DNA from: Dimorphilus gyrociliatus
Taxonomy: Eukaryota > Animalia > Annelida
Reading direction: 5' to 3'
Assembly (NCBI GenBank): GCA_904063045.1
Contig: CAJFCJ010000015.1
Location: 868,001-932,000, forward strand
Length of the DNA stretch: 64,000 bases
Part shown: positions 38,701-52,270 of the stretch, in pieces
Position numbering within the stretch: position 1 is the stretch's first letter
How the letters are laid out: each line of letters starts with the position of its first letter
Position numbers and translations under genes: made by a program
The notes under the pieces: generated by a model
The model's input: the letters and a program-made list of their open reading frames with translations, nothing else
Databases searched by the model: none
What the model was told of the DNA's origin: nothing

Positions 38701-41700
38701 ATATGTTACACGTTACTTCTTTAATACAAAGTCCAAAGTATGTGAATCGTTTTCCTATTCTGGCTGTGATGGAAATAGTAACAATTTTGAAACTTATAAG
38801 AAATGCAAAGATTATTGTGAAGGTAACAAGATAGCTTCAAACAAACTTGTCAAGCATATTTTGTTAATTTATGCAAACACTTGTTTTTCACTTATGTTAG
38901 ATAAACCTGGAATATGTCCTTGGAAATCCAGCTATATCCATTACTATTACAGACGCTCTTATAAAAAAGAATGCAGTCATGATTTAGACTGTAAAGAAGA
39001 TCGTAAATGTTGTAAATCAGCCTTTGGTCAAAGATGCATGAATCCTCTTAGTAATACCTTCAAAATTTGAATGAAAATTTTTGCCAATAATAGTAATTTT
39101 TTAGTAAACTCAACTGGTTCTTGCGCCAAAGCTAAAGAAGCAGCCATTCAAGTATTGAAAGCATCTCCAAGTTCCCCAATTATGATTCCACGATGCAAGT
39201 TATCAGGAGAATGGGGGGAAATTCAATGCTTAGATTCACTAGGAGTTTGTTGGTGCGTCGATAAAAATGGAAAGCAGATAAAAGGAACAGTAGTTAGGGG
39301 AAGGCCTAATTGTAACTCTACAACTTCTGATGATAGTAGTAATTACCCTTAATATAACCAATTAAATAACGAAATCTTAATATTATACTATTTAATCATT
39401 TTATTATAGTTTGTCCACCTGATACAACGATTAGAAAATGCAGTTATAATCTATGTGCAAGACTTACTTGCCCCGGTAATCCTCTCGCTGTTTGCAGAAT
39501 AGACCCATGCGGACATTGTCGACCTAAATTCTTTGATACCAAAAACAGGGAGGTTGACTGCAAAGACAATTTGCAGCCGTGCGAACGTCGTAAATATACT
39601 GGTAGATTAAAAGCAAGAGAATTTAGTGGAAGATTATATGGAAATCAGAGTCTTTATCAATATTCTAATAAATATTATACACCTACTCACACACGTATGT
39701 ATTAGTATTTTAGTAAAAATCTTTATTTCCACCATTGATTTACATTATTTCATTCAATCGATTAGATCCTGCAATTGGAGAGAAAAGAGGAAATAGAATC
39801 ATTTACGACGACTTATGGTATTACGATAGAGATAGATTTATATCAACTAACCAATTATGGAGTAATATAAAACAAATTATACAAGTTTTAAATAATCTTT
39901 TAAATACAATACGAAATTTTTAGATCACAATTGTCCGACTTACAAGATCATCTATTACCGGTCAACGTCAGGCTGCACGCATGAATGTTCTAAAAATAGT
40001 GACTGTTTATCCGGTACTATTTGCTGTTATGAAAAATGCGCAAGAAAATGTGTTCAACCAGCGCCAAGTGTTTGTGACATGCCCCCGAAAATTAAATGCA
40101 GAAAAACTAAAGATAGAGGCATAATATATAACGATTACTTGTTTCTTTACAATTATGAAACATACTATTTTGATAAACAAAGTAGCAGATGTAAAAAGCT
40201 AGCAAATGCAACAAACTGCTCACTTTCAGGAAAAAATAAATTCTCAACTGAACAAGAATGCCTTGCAAAATGTAGCAGTAAGTCTTTCTGAAGATGTGTA
40301 GGAATTATACATCTTCATACATTCATATTTATATGATCTAATTAATTAAATTTTATAGGCTACCATTACATGCAAGACGTTATTTCGCTTCAATGTATCA
40401 ACAAAAAATTCAAATCTAAGGTTTCCATTCTCTACTATTCAATTTAGAAAGTTTAATTTATATTGTTCAATTAGCAATGTTATAGCGGATTTTGCTGGTG
40501 TATTACGCAAGATGGTAAACCAGTTGAAGGTACACTGACTAAGGCAAGTCTCAAATGTACTGCTGATGGACAAATTGAAGATCGCAATAACTTTGTTCCC
40601 GTTATCTGTCCTGATAATAGAAAACCTAAAATCTGTCAAGATGATTGTCTAAAAGCCAGTTGTGCTCCCAGAAGGTCCGGGGTGACTTGTCTGGCTGATC
40701 CGTGTAATAATTGTAAGGTGTCCTTTAAAACAAGGTACTCTATGAAAAATGTTACATGCAAAGGTAAAAATGATAAAATTCTTTTAATACTTCTTAAAAC
40801 TTAAGTGTATCTATCATATGTTTTCGCCAACCTATTAAAAACAACCTATAGATGTGAACAGATGTACTCTGCCTAAACACGATGGTGATGCAAAATGTAA
40901 TAGGCATGAATTAAGATGGTTTCATAATACGAAAACGGGAACGTGTGAAAAATTCTTCTATACGTAATTAAAAAAATACCAAAAATCGATGTTAAAATAA
41001 GTGAATTTTTATTATTTGAAGCGGATGTGGTGGAAATAAAAATAATTTTAAAGATTTGGAAGCATGCGAATGGTCTTGCGGTGGAAATTTATGTAAGAAT
41101 GGTGAAACCCCAAAAATATGTCCCGATGCATGCAAAGATGCCGTATGCCTGAAGTTTCCGGAAGCACTATGCTATACCGACCCTTGTACTTGCAAGCCGA
41201 CTTTTATTAGTGTAAAATATAATGGTCCGATCTCCTGCACAGAAGGTTATTTTTTCACATATTACGAAATGTTACTAGTTTTAAATGAAAATGAATTTTT
41301 CGATTTCCAGATACAACACCATGTCAACGCATGGTTATTGATACAGAAAGGATACATCTGCTTTCCCGAAATTCCAATATCACAAATAAACCATTTGTCC
41401 CTGAGTGCGATGAAAATGGAAATTTCAAACCTTTGCAATGTCATATGTCAATGCATGTTTGTTGGTGTGTTACTGAACAGGGTTTCGAGATAAACGGAAC
41501 TAAAGCATTACTGACAGCTGGCGACAGAAAACCATCGTGTAACAAAGGTTAGTTGCATAGGACATTGAGGACAAAGATTGGCTGCTGTTTTATATTTAAT
41601 ATGAATATTTCTAATTTTACATTAAAATGAAAGCAAAATTCCCTTTTTTTTTTAAAGAAACCGGTAAGGTTGAGAGAGCTAGTGTTACTATTATAATGCA

Positions 41701-42497
41701 AGACGACTTTAATCTAATAAAAAACGACTTAACTACATTTAGCAAGTAAGTTAATGCGAAAAAAGTGCAAATATAGGCTTTAAATATATTGGTCAACATG
41801 TGTCTGAACTCTTTTTTTTTTAACTAGTATTTGGCGTCAAGAATTGCTGAAGATCCTGGAAATCGGAGATGATAACATAAGAGATATGGCACTAACCTCT
41901 GGTAGCATCCATTTATCGTTTAATGTCCTTGCTGATCACGTCCATGATCTTTGGAATGGAATTTCCTTACTGCGAGAATTAACTTTCTTCGGAAAATTAT
42001 TTGTTTCATACAATGATAAAAAATTTGTAGCTGCAGATATTCAAACAAATTTGACACAGTTCGGTTCAACACCTACAATGTCCCCAGACTCAAGAACCAC
42101 ACCTCAACCCACTCACGCGCGTATTATTAAGGAAAATGATAAAGTTGTTGTGAAAGAAGAGGGGTCAATGACTGTTTACATAATTGCTGGCATTGGTGCT
42201 ATACTTGCGGTCATTTGCCTTTGTTTACTCGCCGCCTTTATAATAAGGCGCCGACTGGCGGGAGTAAACAACGATGCAGTAAGTTCTTTTTTGTCTTACT
42301 ACCAACTGGAAAGGCGTAAACAACCTAATTTTACAATAAAAAGAAAGAATATGCATATATACATGCCGTTTATGCTATCCACCCTATAGTCTGTTTTTGT
42401 TTTTCAGCCTATGTCATTTAGCAATAATATTTACGAGCCAAGTAAAAGAGAAGGACAAGTAAACATCACACAAGATAATACCGATTCAACGGCGTGA
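35772..42497 (+). CDS. Multi-domain type I membrane protein: signal peptide, EGF, WSC, antistasin-like, WAP, thyroglobulin type-1, Kunitz and lustrin-like Cys modules, SEA-like region, TM, NxxY tail
   Basis: MKLFFIFLLCLSLQ start; WSC (CGCS..C..QCPGDKSEECGG); TY (QC...CWCVD, several); Kunitz (YSGCDGNSNNF; GCGGNKNNF); WAP (CSHDLDCKEDRKCC); TM IIAGIGAILAVICLCLLAAFII; tail SFSNNIYEP...STA*. Confidence 0.88.
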
Positions 42498-43357
42498 TGT
42501 GAAGAAGAAAAGAGAGTCTGGGAGGAGAGAAAGGTTGGGGTTTAAACCTTTATCACAAAAGATATATATTTAAGATTAGAAATATCTTATTGTCTTTATA
42601 AATTTTGAATATCACCAGAGGCTTTTTTATATAATAATAAAAGAGAGTATAATAAAAATCTGTAGCAAAGAAAACAACGTTTCAATCCATGACATATTCA
42701 TAATAACCATGCAGTTTCCTTAGACGAAAATAAACTTGAAATTTGTAAATATTTACCTAAATTTGCCTTTAGGTCTTTCTGCTCTTTCTTAGTCCATTTC
42801 TTTGAAGGCAAACATATTTATAAGAAATGCTTATGATAGATTATTAACAATCTAGCTTAGCAGGAAGATTTTTAGAAAATCTAATTATATGATTTATTCA
42901 AAAGAAATATTGCATCAGTTTTTTTTTTAAAAATAGAACGTTTTAAAGAAAATCGTATTCATGAAATATTGCGTAATGCAATATCAAGACTCAATAGTCT
43001 ATAACAAAGGCTTGTAGGCCTATAAAGCAGAAGGGAAAGGTAGCAAATAAAAGTTTACTACATATATATATATATATATATATGCACATATGCATGCATA
43101 ACTATCGCAAATGAACAAGATATACTTATTTAGAAATATGTTACGTATTTAACATATGGTATAATTCAATAATCAATAACAAAATGGTAAGATCAGAACA
43201 ATAAAAACGGAATTTTTAATAAATCAATTTTTTAATCTTGTTGATTAACGTCTAATCACTAAGCCAAAAGTGCTATATGTAACGTAATTTGATCATTGAT
43301 TCAATTATCCAACGTTTCGTTAAATAAAAAGCATGGAAAATTCAGCATTTCCTAAAA

Positions 43358-43408
43358 CACGTGATAATCACGTGTCATGAATATTCAGTATGTTTCCGTG
43401 TATAAAAG
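43358..43408 (+). promoter_or_regulatory. Glutamine synthetase proximal promoter: CACGTG-N5-CACGTG double E-box plus TATA box
   Basis: CACGTGATAATCACGTG at 43358-43374; TATAAAAG at 43401-43408; ATG at 43464. Confidence 0.6.
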
Positions 43409-43463
43409 CGCTCCTATTTATGAGTTTGCTTCAGATCAGCTGTGCGTCGTATTGAAGCAGACA

Positions 43464-44761
43464 ATGGCAAAAACACATCACAGTAAAACTGACAAATCCA
43501 TTCTTAAACACTATATGGAATTGGAGACAAAGGATGAGAAAGTTCAAGTTATGTATGTTTGGATCGATGGAACTGGCGAGGGTCTTCGCTGTAAAACCCG
43601 AACAATGGACAAAGAACCTAAAGATCCAGAAGAATGTCCACTTTGGAATTTTGACGGTTCATCCACCGGTCAAGCTGAGGGATCGAACAGCGATGTTTTC
43701 TTAAAACCAGTTAGATTATTTAATGATCCATTTCGAAGGGGTAAAAACAAGCTTTTGCTATGTGAAACCCTAAAATATAACTATCAACCTGCTGATACCA
43801 ACCTAAGAAGTACATGCAAGGAAGCAATGGACAGAGCTCATGATAGCTACCCATGGTTTGGAATTGAACAAGAATATACATTGCTAGATATTGATAATCA
43901 TCCATTCGGATGGCCGAAAGGAGGTTTTCCAGGCCCTCAAGGTATTTTCTACTATATACGCTATTTAACATATCAATAGGCCTACAATGCACGTGGAGCC
44001 CTCGTTGCGCAGATCTCATAAATATTCATGAGCAACAGTGCTTGTTTTTCTTTTTTTTTCCACATTTTTGTTGATATTTTTTCTATCATTTCCGATATAT
44101 GATAAAGATCTAATGCTATAATATTTCCAATTGTTCCCATCCAGGTCCATATTATTGTGGCGTGGGAACAAACAGGGTTTTTGGACGAGATATCGTTGAA
44201 GCTCATTACAGAGCATGCCTATACGCTGGAATCAAGATTGCTGGTACAAATGCCGAAGTTATGCCCGCCCAATGGGAGTTTCAAGTCGGACCATGTGAAG
44301 GTATCGAAATGGGAGATCATTTGTGGATGGCCCGTTTCTTACTTCACAGAGTAGCCGAAGATTTCGGAGTAGTTGCTTCATTTGACCCAAAACCCATGCC
44401 AGGCGATTGGAACGGAGCTGGTGCCCACTGTAACTACAGTACCATCCAAATGAGAGAAGATGGTGGTCTAAAAGTTATCGAGAAGGCAATTGACAGGATG
44501 TCAAAGAAGCATAAGGAGCATATTGAAGCGTACGATCCTCACCAGGGTAAAGATAATGAAAGAAGATTAACAGGTTTACACGAAACAAGTTCAATCCACG
44601 ACTTTTCTGCTGGTATAGCAAATCGCGGCTGTTCAATTAGAATACCAAGACAAGTTGGAGAAGATAAAAAGGGCTATTTGGAAGATAGACGACCAAGTTC
44701 TAACTGTGATCCTTACGCAGTTACCGAAAGAATCGTTAGAACAACGGTTCTTGACGAATAG
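43464..44761 (+). CDS. GLUL: Glutamine synthetase (GSII)
   Basis: Exons 43464-43941 and 44145-44761; [74 protein letters not shown]. Confidence 0.97.
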
Positions 44762-47700
44762 ATATCCCTTCCCATTCATTTTATTTGTACAGTCTTCGTA
44801 TCGACGACTTATAGATGTTTTTCTCATCATATTATGTTTTTAACATGTCTGCCTTTTAAAAATGGATATACATAATATATATATATATATATATATATAC
44901 TGTACTTTATATATCAGAGGTTATATATAACCATATCTTCTGCACTATGCATACGAAACTTCACTTAATAACATATTTATGATATTTATAATGTCAAAAA
45001 AAAAACTATCATAAGAAAACCAAGAAAGAAGAATCTGAGATAAGGAAATATTTTTGATGACCCCCAGTCATTCAAAATGGAAGAGGGCAATTTTTGTGCA
45101 TTTAAATAACAATCTTCAGGTAAAACCTCTCTGCAACGCGAGTTGATTCTTTGTGATGTTTTTTTTTACTTTTACTTACATTGATTGAAACTGACGCGTT
45201 CAAAAGGTTTACTTGAAAATAAAATACAAATATCATACATGGAGAAAGTTTTTATTTATAGTTTATTTTTTATAAGATAGATGTCGCTATCTGAAAAAGA
45301 ATTTTTTAATACAGTATATAGTTCCTTTATACAAATCCATCTAGCGCTTGGTCTATATGAAATGAAAATATTATGCACGTAGTACAAAATATTTAGATAT
45401 ATAGATAAATATGACTGGAGAAAGGGTAACGTTCGCTAGGTTATTTAGTATAATAAATAAGGTTAGCTTCTTTTTGCTAATATAACAACATATTCTTACG
45501 AAGATGATATTTCACTGATCGCTTTTAATTGACCAGATTTTACCAGTCCTTTTAGAGGGACAGTTTTTTTTAATTATCTGAATAAATACTTCTATTTTTC
45601 AAACCGACCTTGGAACATATGTTTACGCCATTTAATAATTAAATCAGCTTGTTAGACTATAATACATCTGTTGACTGGGGTCAATTCTAGATCAGACATC
45701 CAACTATTTTGTCGTAGTGGCTAAATATGGTTCGGATGAAAGTTGAATGATCTATACTGTGCGACCTATTTAATCTAAAGTTTATTTACTTTATCTATTT
45801 TTTGCCCTTAAGAAACTAAATTAAGACTTTGTTTACTTTTGTCTTTTGAATTATGAATTATTAAGGCTATTATCTACATAATCGAAAGACAGTAAGATAT
45901 TGTTTATATTAGAATATTTAAGGTTCACCTTTAGTTTTGTTCTATTCTTAAAAGTACTCATCACTTCAAAATATTCCATTTTTTTTAAAGGTCAAGGTCA
46001 GTAACATAAGGTAAAATCATTTCAATGTACTTACATTGATTCGTTGAATTTTGTTCTTCAAAAGAAAATACATAATCAGAGTCTTCTATTTCGAATCGGA
46101 AGTCAAGTTAATATTGAATAAGTTTCAATTGATTTTTTTAATATTACATAGGCGGCTGGGTTGGTATAATTCCAAGAATTCTTCTCTAACTTCTAATATA
46201 ACGTCAACGCTCGCTTTCTTCCATGGAAATCAGTAAATTTAATTAAGAGTTTTACTTAAAAAGCGTAACATAATCTGAGAAGTATATGAAAATCAACTAA
46301 AAAAAGTACAAAGGAACCTGACATTAGGGTAGAGAGGAGAGTTGTATGATAATTCACTACAAATTATTGATATTCTTTATCATATTTATCAATCAGTTAT
46401 GGCACTTAAATTCCAAATTCCCTAAGGATAGGATGTCATATTCCTCTTTCCTTTCCTTCCTTCCTCCCACCCTCTCTTCCCCATTCCCCTCTTGATAGAC
46501 AATAATCTTCAGGCATCAGTCTCTTACAGAGATACCCACTCTTAAAAGTAGTTTTTTTTCTATATTAGATAATACAGGTTATTTAATAATATAAGATTTA
46601 TATGCAAACCCTCTCCCTCCCTACCTACCCACTTAATTATGCTATCTATATTTTATATTCTCTCCTCAAAATATCACTATTTAGTTTTACTTGTTCTATT
46701 TGGTAACAGCTTTTAAGTAGTCCTATATATATATATATATATATACGTAATTTCTGCTTTATTCTCCTATAATCACTATATATCTAAATGAAAGGGTTTC
46801 TGATATATTCTAATCCATTTGTGGAAGAGATGATATATTTTTAAGTAACATAGACATAAAAAAGTGTATGATATCTGCTGTTATTTATTAAAATATGCCT
46901 ATTGGTAATGTCTGTTCAAGGATTATAGATTTTAGCTGTTTTTTATATATATGCAGTATATATATTGATATATATATAAGAAATAGCACTTAAATATTGT
47001 ATATATCACAAAGTATATATATTACGTATTATCTATAATTTACACAACAGCTGGTTATCTGGTATACAATTCATTATAATAAACTAAACAAGAAGCCAAA
47101 TTTTTATTAAGATAACTTAGAGATCTACATTAGCTATTATTAATAATAATAACCATCTACAAATTTGACAAACAATGCTTTTTATTCTTTCATTAGAGGA
47201 AATGCGAAAAAATTCTTCCTAGTATCAAGAAATCGTTTTTATTAATTAATAATCATTTTTTTTTTCAAATTCAATGCTTTGTTCCTTAATGATTTAATTT
47301 AGAATAGAATTAGGAAGTAATTCATTTTAATTATCAATCATTATAATTGCTTAATTAGCATATTAAAAATAGCTTTATTTGTTTTTAAATCCGATAGATG
47401 TCGCTTCTTTTTTTAAATAATGACCCTAATGTGGTATAAATTTATATATTATTCCGTTAATAATAAACAAACATTTCATCTCTTTGTCGTTTTTATTACA
47501 AATGATTATATACAATATATTTACTATATAATAACACATTTTATTATCCTAATAATGCTATCTATCATTTTTCCAATATGGAAAAAGAGAGGATTCTTAA
47601 TGACTGTAAATTATGAAAATGATTGATATTGAACGTTACTGTCCAAATCATTGATTTTATCTATATCTTCTTTTGGTCTTTATATTTATATTTTGATAAT

Positions 47701-47919
47701 ATTAGATTAGTATGATATATTCAATAGTTAATAGTAGGCTAGCATTTAAGTTATACCTAATTTGGTATTGTTTACAATGCTAACGTGTTTTTCTTCTTAT
47801 CTATCATGAAACGTAGTCCATATATGGTCAGTGAGATGTAGAAATGCGATAATATTAAAAGAAAACTATCTATATATATATATAATACTGCATATTTTCA
47901 ATTCAATGTTCCTTTAACA

Positions 47920-49557
47920 ATGACTTCTAAGACTTTCTTTCTAATTGTTTTTCTGGGTTTTGCGGGAGTATGCTATACTGCAAAAGTTGCTCTTGTACCG
48001 GTAAGTAACTTTTTTTCCACTTATTTTTAGCCTATTAACGAGAATATTGATTGGTGACATTTATAGATGAGTCTAGGAAGTCATATTTTGTTTTTTGCCC
48101 GTTTTGGCGAGGCACTCGTGAAAGAGGGACACGAAGTTCACATGATATTATCATCTACCGTAAAAATTCCCGGAGGAGATTCCACCTCAAATATAATTTG
48201 GAAAAGATTCGAAATAAGCAATCATACGACATCCTTAAATTCTAAAAGAGCCTCTCAGGTACATGTTAATGTAGCATTGGATAATTCAACTTTTGGGTTC
48301 ATTTGGTCTATGCTACCAATAGCTGATTTATATAAGGAGGCTGTAGCGGGAGAATGCGAGCAGTTATTGAATAATTCACAAAATTGGAAGATTATGGAAG
48401 ATGAACATTATGATTTTATTGTTTTGGATTATATTTATCCTGTTTGCCATATCGTTATACCTTTTAAACTCAATATTCCTTTTGGATTTCTTAGTATACC
48501 ATCATCAACAATGAATTTTAGAGTTCCGTCTTTGCCATCATTTGTTCCCTCCAGAGTACTTCCCACGGATCTACCAATGACTTTTAAGTATAGATTAATG
48601 AACTTTCTATTAGAAGGCTATGCAAGACTGATGGCATCATTCGTATTCCCGTCTACATATCTAGATAAATATTACGAAAATACACGGGGATTAACTGTAA
48701 TGAATGCAATGTCTGAGGCATCAATCTGGTTTTTTTTAGAAGAACAACTCGTTAATACGCCTCAACCAAGGATGCCAAATACAGTTGATGTTGGTGAAGT
48801 AGTCATTCAAGAGATTAAACCATTAGATAAAGAGTGGTCTTTGCGAATAGATAGTATTAACCGTCCAATAGTTATTGTATCGTTGGGTTCTTTCTGTAAT
48901 TTTATACCCGAACATTTAGAGGCGGAGTTTTGTAAAGCTTTCTCTGCAATGAAACAGTTCTTTTTCATATGGAAAGTAGGCGAACTAGGTTTATGCGAAG
49001 AAGAAAACGTTTATACATCAAAATGGATTCCCCAGAAAGAACTTTTGTCCAATAATAAAGTGAAAGTATTCGTAACACACGCCGGATTGAATAGCATTAT
49101 AGAAACATCGTATTACAGAGTCCCTGTAGTTAGTATACCAATATTTGCAGATCAACTTTTTAACGCTAAAATGGCCGAACAAAATGGGTTTGGAACAACA
49201 TTAACATTGGTGACACTACAATCAAATCAACTTGTAGAAGCAATAACTAAAATTTACAATAATTCTGATTACTTTAATAATATTAAAAACATATCGGAAT
49301 TAATGAGAATGAAGATAAAAGCTTCTTCCAATATTCAAAAAGCATCGTACCTTATTAATCATGTTGTCAAATTCGGAGATGAAAGAATAAGATCATCAGC
49401 CTATCATTTAAATTTATTTCAATTTTTGATGATTGATATTTTTCTTACAATATTCTTATCTTTAATGTTAATGATACTAATTAGCATATTTACTATTTAC
49501 TATCTGTGTATTAAAACGAGGTGCTTTAAAGCTAAAAATAAAACAAAAAAAGACTAA
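47920..49557 (+). CDS. UDP-glucuronosyl/glucosyltransferase, paralog 1
   Basis: Signal-peptide exon 47920-48000, exon 48067-49557; catalytic-His context SHI; signature WIPQKELL..VFVTHAGLNSIIE...PIFADQ; C-terminal TM and KTKKD tail. Confidence 0.94.
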
Positions 49558-49858
49558 AGAGTAATTGTAGTTACTTTTTTTCTTTTTTATATAGCCTTCA
49601 ATTTTTATCTATCTATCTATCAATCTGTCTGTCAATCTGTCTATCTATCTAACTATGTCTCGTTGTCTTTTTCCTTCTTTCTTTCATTTTTTCTGTTCAT
49701 AATTTTTGTTTTTTCTCTCTATCTCCTTTTACGTAAGATATGTTACAGATAAAAAGAGAAATATGTCACTTGTGTCTGAAGACTTGAGTTGTATAAAATA
49801 TAAGCATTTGATAAAATATTCCTTATCATAATTAAGATTTATTTACACGTCGTTATCA

Positions 49859-49897
<39 letters not shown>

Positions 49898-49902
49898 GAA
49901 CA

Positions 49903-51547
49903 ATGAGAGGCATTCTTCTTTTCTGTCCTGTTGTTTTGATATGCTCTCTGGAGGCTGCAAAAGTTGTCCTCATTCCAGTAAGTACACTATTGATATCATG
50001 AAGTTACCTTCGCTGTAATATACAATTTAATAAACGTTTATTTTCTTTCTACTTCATAGGCCAACGCTCCAAGTCATGTCATATACTTTACGAAACTCTC
50101 TAATGCTTTACAAAAAGAAGGTCATGAAGCTCATGTCTTGTTGTCCTCTAATTCTGAAGTACCAGGGTTCGTTAAAGACTCCAAACAAACCCAAATAAGA
50201 ATATTCAACGTCAGTAAAGAGTCTATAACTCTTAATTCAGAATACTCATCTAAACTTCATATAGACATTGCATTTAGTAAATCGCAACTGGAAGTCTTCA
50301 AAGGTTTGGGTAGACTTGTTAGTCTTCACGAGGAAGCGATTGGAGCCGAATGCGAGCAACTCTTGAACAATACCGACAATTGGATGTCAGTTGAAAGAGA
50401 GCAGTACGATTTCGCAATTATCGATGTTCTCTATCCTGCTTGTCAGCTAGCTATACCGTTAAAACTGAATATTCCCTACGGATTATATGGACTACCTATA
50501 TTTAATTTTTTGATACGAGTTCCCTCTTTGCCTTCGTTCGTTCCAAATAGGTTATTGGCTCTCGATTTACCTATGACCTTTAGTCAAAGACTGATCAATT
50601 TTATATCTCAAATGTTGCTTCATTTCTTTTTCGTATTCGGTCAGAATGAACGATATTTTCGAAAGTACTTACCCACTAGACCAACGCTAGATGTATCGAA
50701 CTCTTTTATGAATGCTTCGCTTTTCTTTTTCATGGAAGAGCAAATTCTAACATTTTCACAACCAAGAATGCCTAATGCAGTTGATGTAGGCGATATAATT
50801 CCTCAAGAACCGAAACCTCTCGACGAAAAATGGTCAAAAATTGTTGAATACAACTCAAAGCCCATTATCCTAGTTTCACTGGGATCTTTTTGTAATTTTA
50901 TCCCCAAGGCTAAGAAAGACGAATTTTGCAAGGCGATGTCTTTAATGAAAGAATATTTCTTTATATGGAAAGTAGAAGAATTAGGCGGTTGCAAAAAAGA
51001 AAATATCCACGAAACTATGTGGTTTCCACAAAACGATTTGTTAGCAAATTCAAAAGTTAAGCTCTTTATTACTCATGCAGGACTCAATAGTATCATGGAA
51101 GCTGTCTATTTTGCAGTACCAATTGTCAGTATACCTGTATTCGGCGATCAGATAATGAATGCTAAGGCTAGTGAATCTAACAATTATGGTGAAACACTAT
51201 CGCTCAAAGATTTTGTAGCAGAAGATCTCGTATCATCTATAAAGAAAGTAATAAACAACAATTCCTACAAGCAAAACGCTCAAAAGCTATCTGAAATGTA
51301 TAGGTTGAAGAGAGCACATTCCATTAGTATAAAAAGAGCATCCTATCTCATAGATCATATCGTAAAGCATGGCGATGAAAAATTAAAATCTTCAGCAATC
51401 CACCTAAATATATTCCAATTCCTTATGTTGGATATTTACCTTTTTTTAACATTGGCTGCTCTGTTTACAATAATTCTCCTGTTTGGTGTTTCTACTCGTT
51501 GCTATAGATTATTTTCTAAACGGTCTAATAAAATAAAAGAGGATTAA
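49903..51547 (+). CDS. UDP-glucuronosyl/glucosyltransferase, tandem paralog 2
   Basis: Exons 49903-49977 and 50060-51547; SHV; WFPQNDLL..LFITHAGLNSIME...PVFGDQ; TM and KIKED tail; same intron position as paralog 1. Confidence 0.94.
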
Positions 51548-52270
51548 TTTGGTTTAATCCAAGATATCAGTAATAATGAGGTTGATATAAAATATTAACA
51601 TGCTTCTGTGTTATGTTTGTTACAATTGTTACAGATTTGGTCCATCTTAATTTGAGATAACTAACCATTTTATTCGTAAAGTATTTAACATTTCTACCGA
51701 TGTAAGAACGATAAACCTGTAGCGTTTTTCAACCATGCATAGACTCGATAAAATTGTTATCCAAACATAACTCAATTCCTTAGACAAAAAAATCAATTTG
51801 TAATGTTTTACCTACTGTATGAGAGAAAGGGAGACTTTCAACGAAAATTGTTGTTCGTTTACAAGCGACTTCAAGTTAAAAATTGTATTAACTTATTGCA
51901 GATAGAGTTGTAATAACTTATATTTTCTTGATAGTTACAATAATTGTATTAACATTTTAACTTTTTTGAATGTTTGTGTTTACAGGAGTTTTCCGATCAA
52001 AAAAAAATTTAAAAGCGTATAATTTAATAGTTAAATACACTATAGACACGTATAAAAATATATAGACTATATATATATATATAGCAAACTTATTTCTTGT
52101 AAAGATTTTTCGAGTTTTTTTTAGCTCTACGTATCATGCTAAACCTAGAGTAATAAAAAAGGGTGTTTTAACGGCTTTAAATATGAAATTTTGGATGTAA
52201 AAATAAAAAAAAAAAGATAGAGAGAGATAGATAGAGAGAGAAAAGATTGTTGGGGAGCGATATATTCTCT

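Noticed and set aside
43377-43463. 29-aa N-terminal extension of GS from the ATG at 43377
   Set aside because: That ATG lies upstream of the TATA box at 43401 and is probably not transcribed; 43464 fits GSII length.
45000-47850. Possible gene or transposon remnant between GS and UGT1
   Set aside because: Only short ORFs, pyrimidine tracts and TA runs; no terminal repeats or transposase/RT motifs found.
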